Positions 44,000 through 55,500 of a stretch of DNA of 64,000 nucleotides are shown here, piece by piece; the first letter of the stretch is position 1; every line of letters starts with the position of its first letter. Position numbers and translations under genes: made by a program. Under the pieces are notes generated by a model that ran no database searches, was not told the DNA's origin, and saw nothing but the letters and a program-made list of their open reading frames with translations. Source of the DNA: Oopsacas minuta (lineage: Eukaryota; Animalia; Porifera); NCBI GenBank assembly GCA_024704765.1, contig JAKMXF010000365.1, positions 744,001 through 808,000 of the forward strand, read 5' to 3'.

Positions 44000-44752
44000 G
44001 TCTTACTAATCAAATAAGATTAGCTGAGAGTAGGTGTAATCATTATATTATCAATATTATCATTTGTGCGGATGTGTAGATTGCAAATTTTCGTATTTTA
44101 TCCTAAAAATACGGCAAAACATTTTATTGCAACTAAGCAATTTGATCGTGAATGTGGTCTTAGTATAATTAATATACCTATAACTTCTAACTTTGTAATT
44201 GTTTCATAAATTATGAATGACTTTTACAGCACATAAAATATGGCTTTTACAGCCAAATAAGATTTTGTGAGTTAAGAAACGAAGTAGAAGGTCGTATTCT
44301 ACATTTATTGAACTTCATTTCTTGAATAATTCTGAATAAGGAGTTGAAGATAGTAGTAGTTATACAATTACGCAAATAGCTACAGGACAATTTGTGCTTT
44401 AGGTGCGATATTGACGTAATTCAATTTTCAATGATGACACAGATGCCATAAGTTAGGATATTGGACCTTGTGCCCCCAAACTACAACATCATTTACAGCA
44501 TGCAATAAATACATTGCGCTACTCATTTATATGAGGCAGGTCAGGCCTGGTATGACCTAACTAACCACACATGATGCAACTTTGTACAATAATTTAGAAA
44601 TAGAACAGGTATATTTTTGACAACACTGTCACACGAATAATCACGTAGACTATCTTCGTATTGAATATGTTTAACTCAAGTGAAAATATATGAAATATCA
44701 ATAAGATGTGGGTAAACTGTTAAAATCTCCAATAATGATAATTATTCCTGAA

Positions 44753-47700
44753 CTAGCTATACTCTGGCTTGAGTTTCCATAGGCCAGATCCACTGATCTT
44801 ATTAAAATTACAAATTTGTTTGAGAATAGCTTTAAATAGAGCTGATTGATTGTCAGGCAAATAAGAGAATCTAGTGAGTATCTCATCAGTGCTAGCCTGT
44901 CCCGGACACTTGGCTTGGAAGCTCACAAATGCTCTCAAATCTCTTGTGAGCTCTTCTGTATCTCTATCTAACATATCCATGGTGACAGAGCTCTCTTGTC
45001 CATTTCTACGTCTGATAGAAGCTAGTATTTCTGAAGAAGATGGAGCAGTAGTAGTATCTAATATAGTCTCTCTACCAGAGAATACTCCGAGTAGATTAGT
45101 GAGGCCTCGTGTTGTCTCATCACTTCCCCTTGTTACTAGTAGAGGCACGCCTCCTCTCTGACCTGTCCAAGTAGGAACACTTACTGGTTGATTTACTAAC
45201 CTCTCTCTAGCTAACTTGATTGCTAGAGCAGCAGCTTTAGCCTTCTGTTGAGCATTCTCTCTCACCAATATACACTCTCTTTCCGTAGAGTCTTCTAACA
45301 GATCGTGACGTATTGTCTGGTCTACTGAACAGCGGTTAAGTAACTCTCTTAACAGTATATTATCCTGTGTAACCGGGTCTATGCCTGTATCAGCTGGTTG
45401 ATAGGGTGTATTAGTGTCTACTCCATGGATCTGATGTCCGTCTATCTCTGTTGAGGATAGCGGGATTGATTTATGTTGCTTCTTTCGCCTCTTCTTAGGT
45501 GTAGCTGCTTTATCTACTTTCATTGGAGAAGGATTTGGAGTATCTTTCTTATTTTCATCCTCCACAATAACTATATAGTGATGTTAACATTAATATATTA
45601 CAGTGGAGTTCGCCAATTAGCAAGTCGTATTTGCAGGAATTTTCCATGCTATTGTGCGGACTTGCTATTAAAAGAATTAGTATTTGAATTTATTTACAGT
45701 ATGAAATAGACTGAAAAAACTTGCTATTATGTGAATATTATTAAAAGGCGAACACCATATTCATATTTGCCATCCATTTAGGGATATGACTTATGATACA
45801 GGGAAAATATTGGAAAGTTCTGGGTTTTTTCATAAATTTGAATATAAATAACAAATCCAGGAATTTGGTGGAAAACAGTTAAGAGTTGGTAAGTATGCAT
45901 ATTATATATCATACAGTAGTGCGTGAACTGAGTAGTATTATAATTAATTAGTATACCCTGGTTAGCTGTATCCAAATCATCCTGAGTAATAACCCAGTTA
46001 TCAGTATCAGCTGATTCTGATCTCAGAGATAGGGTAGGAAGAAGAGGAGAGGCATATGATACAGGGTGTAAAGGTGTAGATACTACTCCTGGAGGAGCAG
46101 TGTGTTTGATAAGTGCTGGTGTCTCAGCTTGTGGTGTATCAGTGAATGTGAACAATTCATGAATATCACTGTATGTGAATATCCTACTTTGTTTTGGATC
46201 TTTCAGAACTCTAACACAGAATATAATTAATGTCTTAATTAATTATAAACAGTGGAATACCTTTACCTGTTAGTTAAATATTGTTTGAATATTTGTCTCT
46301 GATACATCTTCTCTTCTATTGTTCCACTTGTCACCAGTCTGAATACAGAGACTTCTCTCTCCTGTCCGAAGCGCCATGCCCTCTCACGTGCCTGATGGTC
46401 TGTACTTGGATTCCAATCAGGATCAAATATAATAACACGATTAGCTCCTGTTAGATTCAGCCCTAGACCTCCTACACGAGTAGTAAGCAAGAATACAAAC
46501 ACAGAGTTGTCTTCATTGAATTTATTCACTAGTTTAGCACGAGCACCTACACTAGTAGTACCATCCATCCTCAGATAGCAATATGACATATCTTGTATCA
46601 GCTGTTCTAATAAATCTAATGTTTGTCTGGTCTGTGAGAATATTAATACTCTATTTCGTTGAGAACTCCAGGCCTTGAGCAGCTCCCAGACTACTCGCAT
46701 CTTACCGGAGAGAGAGTAGTAACCAGATGGCGCAGGAGAGAGACTACCGTCTGTATCTGAGCTGGGCATTACAATGGCTCGGGACCTGATCTCTTGTATA
46801 TATTCACACATGTCCATCACAGCCATACTAATAATATCTCGTTAATAAACAACAACAAATAACAGACAATAATCTACCTTATAGCAGTCTCTCCCTCCCC
46901 TTTCTCATCCTGATTAACCCTGGTCCTGACTATAATATCAGGATGATTACAGATCTTCCTCATCACACATATAGCAACAAACAGATTGGTACCTCCTCTG
47001 TATCCCCTCTTAGCTTCCTCTGACTTAAGGTAACGTTTGTAGAGGATAGCTTGTAGTCGCGTGGGTCTACAGAATAATACTCTTTCTCTCTTCTCAGGTA
47101 GCTTCAACTCTCCGTCAACTTCTTGCTTGATTCTTCTCAGGAGATAAGGCTTGAGCGCATCTCTCAATACACAAGCACACTTATACGCTATTTGCACCTA
47201 AAGAGAGTAGCTTATACTGTATCGTATACAGAAGTTATTTAAATCAATTCTTGTTATATCGAACACGGGATATATTGAAATACCCGCTAACATCAAGTCT
47301 AAAATTGTACCAATACGGTTATGTTCCAAACAGTCAAAGTACATAATTTTCATCAGTTACATGGAACTCTAGCTTATCTTGGTCCCTTAAGCTTCAATAT
47401 AACGGGAGTTTACTGTAGTTCATTCTAACCTGTTCCTCAGAGGCCGATGCATAACCACCTTGAGTTATGGGATCAGCTAATGTGTCTAAGAATAAAGGTA
47501 GAGTACCCAGAGATCCGGGAGATACGAAATCCACCAGAGACCAGAGTTCTTTCAAACTATTCTGTATAGGACAACCGGAGAGAGCTAGCCTATGAGGAGT
47601 ACGGAGTTGTTTACAGACCTGAGTTATGTCTGCATCAGGATTCCTGATTTTATGAGCTTCATCTAAGATAGCATAGTGCCAATATACCTTTAGGATCAGA

Positions 47701-49034
47701 TTTACATACGTATAAAATAAAATACTGATTAACTCAAATAATGGACAATTATGCAGCTACTGGACAAAAGATAAATCATTTGAGATTAGTTACCAACCTG
47801 TAACAGTTGCTTCTTCATAATCCTGAGCATCTGATAACTAGTTACTACTACTACAGAGCTCAAATTAAGAGCTTGTTTTAGAGTAGCACTATGAGACATA
47901 CCACTGTCTCCAGCAGAGTGTAAAATAACAACACGGAGAGGTGGAGCCCATTCATGTAGCTCTGATACCCACTGACGTAACAGAGTAACAGGACATATAA
48001 CTATAGAGTGACCGAGACCTGCAAATTTGTGAGTTGTTCTGACATATCCTTCTGTTGTGTGTTGTACTTCATCAACCAGCTGACTGTTATGCAATGAATT
48101 GAGAAATACACTAACCTATAAACTCAATGCTAAAGAGCACTAATTAGATAATTATATTACAATATACAAGGTAAATACCTGTACAGTCTTCCCGAGTCCC
48201 ATTTCATCACCTAGAATTCCACCAGTTTTCTTCCTATGCAGAGACCATAGCCATGATATACCGTGTTTCTGATATCCAAGGAGACGAGACCAGACAGATT
48301 CAGGTACAGACAGTCCTCCTGGGAGCAGCTGATCACCAGTATCAGCACCTTCTATCTGTTCCATACGGGAGAGGTATACTTCATCAGTGACGTCATCGAT
48401 ATCAAGGCTTGAGTAGTGAAGTTTGGATTTTCTAAGCAAACACAATGCAACCTTGAATATACAAACACGACAACTCTGTATGTAATAATTATACTATTCT
48501 AACCTTTTTCTTCTTCCTGAGCTGTCATCCTCTCCAGAAGAATCTGAGGGAAGAGGAGAGATATCTCTTGGTCTAGGATATAGAGAGGTATGTCTGATAT
48601 TAGCTACATCCTTATCGGTTCGTGTAAGGTCAGACAGGAGTGGTAGACAGAGAGACTCTATATCTAAATATGAAATATGAAATACGGTTTAGAGTAGGTA
48701 AAAGCAGATATAAAATAATTCCTATACCTTCACTCTCTGAATTCTTCTCCCTACTGCTCCTATCTCTCTCAGCTGTAGAAGAGGATAGCTTATGTCTCTT
48801 GTTACGAAAACTGCTAGCATGTCTACGTAGCTGATCCTCCAGTTGATTGATAAGACTCTCTTCAAAAGTAGCTTGATCATATTCACATACTACTGAATGA
48901 GATAGAGAGTTGTCATTATTCAGTTGTGGTATTTGACTCCTGTCAACCTTAACTCTAGGTATCTTAAATCTGGGAGTTTTTGAAGATTCAGGTGGATCTT
49001 CAATCATATCACTCTCATGCTCTGAATTACTCAT
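44753..49034 (-). CDS. ERCC6: ERCC6 / CSB (Rad26) SNF2-family ATPase, multi-exon
   Basis: [93 protein letters not shown], and the CSB C-terminus [16 protein letters not shown]. Confidence 0.95.
47228..47415. mobile_element. Tc1/mariner-type MITE in an ERCC6 intron, same family as 61888-62060, opposite orientation
   Basis: The reverse complement begins TACAGTAAACTCCCGTTATATTGAAG and shares AAC.GATGAAA.TTATG.ACTTTGA with the PPM1 intron copy. The left end is degenerate. Confidence 0.6.
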
Positions 49035-49624
49035 ACCTCCTTATCTTGTGACAAGAATATGGTAGTATAAATAGTTGTGTGTATCTACATAGTTACAGGA
49101 CACAGTCTGCAAACCAAACTTCAGTTAATTTTATATTAGGCTACAGGTAATTAGTATTATGCAATGGAGTTAATTACAGAATTAGAATTATAGTGGATGA
49201 TTCTGAGAATTTTCAAGTAGCTGGGATATTGTAAATTTCTAAATAGTAATGATAGCAAAAGCAAGGCTATTTCATCGGTCCTAGCATAAGAGAAGTACTA
49301 TTTCCTATAAAAAGAGCAAATAGTTTGTAGCTGAGTTAGCAACGAGATCGTGAGAGTTAAGAGGCTTACAAATATCCGTAATGAATAGGTAACATGCTCC
49401 ACAACTGTTTCACTATAGCAATAATTACCTAATAATAACGAAACGACAAAATATATAATTAAAATAATTTAATAGAGAATATAAAAGCTTTGAAGCTTCA
49501 ATAGAACACAATTTCACAAAGAACAGGTCTCTTAATAAAGTACCAAACAGGCATATTGACTCATTATGGTGCAATGCTATAAACTCTATCTTCAAGTGAT
49601 AAGTATAAAAATAGAACTATCAAT

Positions 49625-52464
49625 TCAAACAGCTACGAAAGATTTGATAGGGTGTATTGGACATGCACTCGTGAGGTGTGCTAATACATCACAGAGAGGA
49701 CTGTGGGCATACTCTATTGCTCGTTTCCCATGTGTATCTTCTAACTGTGAGTCTATATGGTTCTAAGGAGGAGTTCAGTAAAACACTATACATTCTAGTC
49801 TCGTTATATCCTATATTATTAGCATCGATGTAATGTAAGCACGAGAAATTCAATAGTATAACCTCCACAAATAAGGTGCTAGGGACTCCTAAATGCTACC
49901 ACATTTCCCAGTTTCTGCCAAAATTCCCCGTTTGTGGAGATTCATTTGTATGGGGATAGGAATTCGCCATGATGTTTTAACACCGTTTCTAGAAGTTCCC
50001 CGATTCCACGGGCCCCGTTTGTAGAGGTTACAATGCATTTGATAGTAATATAACCGGGGCCTTTTAAACAGAGTCTACTATATATGTTGATACGTTTTAT
50101 TGTAGTTAGTACAGTAGCTTATTGAATAAGATTGTTACCCAAACAAGTAGCAAAGCAATGAGAGAGCTGTCAGCGATTACACTAGTGTGTAATACTGTCT
50201 GCTTATTAGTAGGATCTTGATAGTTAAGTACTTCTGGTGTACAGTACGGGAGGAGAGAGTATACATCTTGAAGATCACCTCTCTCAACTGATGAAATTAA
50301 CTTCTGCAAACGGTTAATAAATAAATATAATTTTGATTTGGATTAATTACTATTTTGCAAGACTTACTTCACGTAATAAATTGGTATCTTTGTAGACATT
50401 ACGTAAGAAAGCTCTCTCTTCATATTTTAATCTAATCCAAGTTTCTCTCACTTTTCTAACCAATCAAATTACGATATATAATATGGTGAGGCTATTGTCA
50501 CCGACTGGGACACTTCGTTTACAGGATATTGGTATTATGTAAGAACTTAAATACCTGGTGCAACAAGCGTAGTCAGGGGGAGCATAACCATTCAATTCGC
50601 TAGTAGCTTCCCATACACTTCTGGCTAGATTATTGCCGATTGAAGAAACGAGAGAAAGTTGCAGAATGCTAGAGCGTAAATGCAGTAATAATTTCTACCC
50701 TTCTAACTATCAAAATCAAATAGATTGATAGATAACTCACGTCCATTCATCAAGTTCTAGGGATTTTATTCTAGAGATATGAGTTCCTAGTTGTCTATGT
50801 ACAGAAGAGCAATGTACACAGATAACAGTTCCTAGATTGATACTCGCCCATTCAGGGTCTAAAAATTAAGCAATAAACAAAAGCAAAATCTTAATAATCA
50901 AATTATTGTAATTACTTACCAGGAGCTAGACAGTCACAGCATACATCATTTCCTTTCATATTTCTAATTGCTGCAACCTCTGAAGTACTGACGATTATAA
51001 ATGGACGGATCTAAGATAGATTTCAATAAGGAACAGGTTTAAGCCAATTATATGTTGAATAGAGTACAACGTTGTATCTGAGGATAACATAAGTGAAAAA
51101 TTTGTGTTAAATTCAGATAATAGTAACGATTAAATCAATAATACAAGAGAACGTATTTAATAATTCAACGACTGAATTACATAAAACAGCATTACACATA
51201 AGATGATACACATATGTTACGGAGTTTCTAGATTTATTTGTATAGGTTTAATCCATCTGGTGTTATAATACACACTCTCTCCAGCTCTCCAACCTGGCAC
51301 ATTCTTCATGATCTCCAACTCAGCATCTTCAAAGTTTTTCATCCCTCTGAGAGTATTTCTGTCATTTTCAGCTAGGAATAGAGGGTATAGCGCAATTCTA
51401 GCCTCTCTCATTTCTCTCCTGAACATTCTACGCTCTCTGTTCGTACGTATAACCAATACCCAACCGAAGGACATTATAATTAACGTGCCTAGTAGAAGCG
51501 TTAACCCTCCAGGTCCTCTCTTCCTAACAACCCTAGCAAACGGTATATCACTGTATCCACCCTTGGGAGCCATGTCCTGAACTCTGCGTGTTCTGTTCAG
51601 GAAGTCTGTCATTCTATGTGACAGCTAACTTGAAGTGAAAATATATCTGAAATAACTATGCTCAACACATTTACATAATAAATTCTACATTGTATTCGGG
51701 CAGATGATGCATCAACAATTCAACAAAAATAATATCATATTTACCCCTACAGATATTAATAATCAAAAAGCATAATAGAAGAAGTAACAAAGTATCGGCA
51801 AACAGTCAATATATACAAATAAAACACTCTAAAGATATCATATACTCTTAAAATATCGTTTCATATCAACTATCAACTCGTTAATACCATTACCAGATAC
51901 TGCAGAGATAGGATATACTCCACTCAATCTATCTTTTTGCTTCAATAATTGTGTAACGAATAACTTTTTCATTTCATCCTCAGATAGAGCTGTAGGCAGA
52001 TCTTGCTTATTAGCTAGAATTAATAATGGTATCTTGACAGAAATTATACTATCCAACAACTTTTCTAGCTCTAATTTAGACTCCTCGATTCTCTGAGTAT
52101 CACTACTATCCACAACATACAACACAGCATCTCCTCCTGTTATGCTACGAACCCATTGACCTCTGTACTCTGCTCTTCCACCAAAGTCTCTAACTGATAC
52201 ATTTAGAGATCCGGATAGAGAGAGAGATTCCACATTAAATAGAGCTGTAGGCTCTGTATGACCACAATCATTCGTTTTGATATAATTCAGAATAGAAGTT
52301 TTGCCAGCTTCATCTAGTCCGAATAACAGAAGTCTGAATGTACCATAGTTAGCTATTCTACGCTCTCTATGAGTCTCTAACGTACGGTTAATTACTCCGC
52401 CCATATATCCATTGCTTCTATATTTTTAGTTAAAGTACAAGCAATATTATAATAATGAATACAC

Positions 52465-52506
<42 letters not shown>

Positions 52507-55500
52507 GAATTATGAACAATCAATACTGAATTATCGGTTTGTAATAAGTACATAGAGTATTATACGTATGTGTAATATGATAAATAAAGCCACACTGATG
52601 AAATGAAATTACAAAATCCATCCACACGGGATCTCTTAACGCTAATGCGTAGAGTCAATAAAATAAACTATACATTCTTAAGCCATGACCTAGGAGCCTC
52701 TGATATTAATGTAGCATTTACTTTTATATAAATTATATCATTCTGCATGTAGCGAAACAAATAAGAGGATTGTCTGATTTGTGAATGAGATTTGAATTGT
52801 ATGAGAGAAGGATTAACAACCTCTTCAGTTCCTATTACCTCTAACTCAGTCTCTACCACATGATGTAGAGTATTACTCAGCTGATTCAGGAGAGATATCT
52901 GTAGTTTGAGTTGAAGAGGTGTGTCTATAGAATTATCAGAGAAACACACCACCAGCGATATGAATGAGGTATAATTCTCATCTAATCCATCGCAATACAT
53001 CTTCAAACGGAACTCCATACCATTGTTCGTATAAATACAAGGACTGACTACAATAGCACCAGACTCCATCTTAGTACTGATACCAGATATCTGCCATATG
53101 TAAGGAGATCTGTTGGCTACGCTAGACATCATTTCCTCTAACGCATAAATACGTCTCTCAAGTCTTTCTACTTCAGTTCTATGTGTCTCTTCAATCACCT
53201 CTGTGTGTATGTTGAGATGCTCTAAATGAGCTTGTATATCAGTAGATAGGTGGCAAGGCATCTCTCTACGAGAACACTCATGCTCACAGCCGTACCTCTG
53301 GTACTTACAAGGAAGTACTGACAGAGGGCAGAAGTCTTCTAAATGCCGTTTCATCTTACGACGCTCAACTGTCAAAGTTTGACAGTTATTCGGACAAGGA
53401 GTAGGGAACATATTACACCTAGTGCTCCAATGCTTATCCATCTCTCCCAGACACACCTCTCCTGTACAATACTTACACCCTACTTTCCTCATAAGACACT
53501 GCTTAGTTGTGTGTGAGTCTACTTCACATCTCATTACTACAGCCCCACAGCCTTGCGAGCATTTTATCCTGAACATCTGACAGGCAGTATTCAAGTGTCG
53601 TTTGCAATCTCCTAACTCTCCATTCCATTCACAGCCTTTAGCTTTCAGTGGACATTGAATTCTCTTCTGACGTACCCATCTATTGATGAAGTCTTCTTCT
53701 GTGATTTTATCCATACTAAGTGGGATGTTGTCCAGTGGACATCTGGTCTCTGTATGTTGACTATAGAACTTAGCTTGATAAAGACATACTTTACAGAACA
53801 CGTGACCACATGGAGTAAGGAGAGCATCCTTGAGAACACCCTTACATATATGACAGAGGAAAAAGTCTTCTACCATTTCATCAAATATATCAGGATTATA
53901 TCCACCAGATATGTTCCCTACTCTAACTGAGAGTAAGACAGAAGGAATGTCTATGTCCCAGGTAGTCAGGGGGAGAGGATTCAACTCTAGTTTGAGCTGA
54001 CGTAACTCAGGAGATCCAGAACCAGCCATATACTTGTAATGCAAAGAATGACTAGCTGTATAATATCGACGTATTCTGATTGATTCGTAAGAAATGGGTA
54101 ATTAATAAAGAGAGGGTATACTAATCTATATGGTAGTTACAGCTACAGACAGTTAATCAATTTCTATCATTCTTGTAATTATATATCTAGCTCTAATTGT
54201 TATGTGATAGTATAAGTTAATTAGCATACCATCTGATGACAAACTCAGTATAACATAACAATGGATCATAAGTGTTGCTAGGTAGATTTGAATTGGTTAT
54301 TAGTATGTGAAAATATGGATGTGAGAACTCCCATAAGTATCAATCTATTCATATGACAAACAGCAAATATATATGTAAAGCTCGTATAATCCCTCTACCG
54401 AGAAGAGCTGGTGAATAGATAACAATATAAATCAGTCAATGGTCTCGCTATAACCGCAGTTATTAACCGATCACGGCTGAAGTTTTACCAATTCCCGCAG
54501 CAAGAACGATTTTAGCACCTTTTTGACGTCATAACATTTTACCGGAAGTATTCGGTTAATGACTAACTTATTGGGATATATTGAGTTACTAATTGTAAAA
54601 ACAACTAACCGCTTTCCTGTCTCCAGTTGTAGCAATAAGAGCTGCATGTATCTGCTGTTCAATTACTTTTATCCAATTTTCTTGCTCCTAAGAATACTTA
54701 AATATTTAAATATTCTAATACAGAAACTGTTAATATACCCAACTATTATCGGTTTTAAGCCATAAACAGTCGCATCAGTAGGTAGGTACATGTATACCTT
54801 ACCTCAGAAGATCCTGCATCAAACACCCAATATCTTCCATCCAAAGAAATAACATGAAACTCAAATGTAGCTATGTTATCTACAAGATATAGGTTACTAT
54901 TAACAGTTAACAACATTAATTAATTCAGTAATAACTGTAATGACTATACCTGTAGCAGCAGGGACTAAGAACTTCTGAAGAGTAGCATCACTCTTTCCTC
55001 GTACATGTCCGCTCTTGAGATAAGTCTGTATCTTTTTTGGAGTCTTTTTCTTATCAGCTGGCATTTCAACACTAGAGTAGAATATACCAGGGATATCTTC
55101 TTCTGGGTCAGAGGAAGTTTCTTTCCCTGTAGCACTACTATAATATTACAGAAATAAATTTTGATGTTCATTGGTATAATATGTGTACAATTCTACCTTT
55201 TGGAAAGTTTGTTCGTGAGTGAATCATCTATTGGACTATTTGGAATGTTTGTAAAGAGAGGGTTGATAACACTTGTAGGTTTAGAGAACACAGCACTAGC
55301 TGAGAAGAAATCTTCTTCATCTGACATATCTGTTAACATTCCATCTGACATAAACTGTAATATTTAAAAAATAAATATAATTACAGCCAAAATAAATTAT
55401 ATTATATTACCCCAATATTGTGATCCTGGTCATCATTCTTGTTCCTCTTTCTGCCTGTGGTCTCGGTTATACTATGCATTCTGAGAGCACGTGGAAATGT

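Noticed and set aside
44753-49034. Possible piggyBac (PGBD3-like) gene nested in ERCC6, as in primates
   Set aside because: All ERCC6 introns here are short; only a small Tc1-type MITE is present.
49625-51010. An apparently stand-alone small ArfGAP-ankyrin gene after NDUFA13
   Set aside because: It has no start codon of its own and continues in frame from the AGAP PH exons at 54.6 kb.
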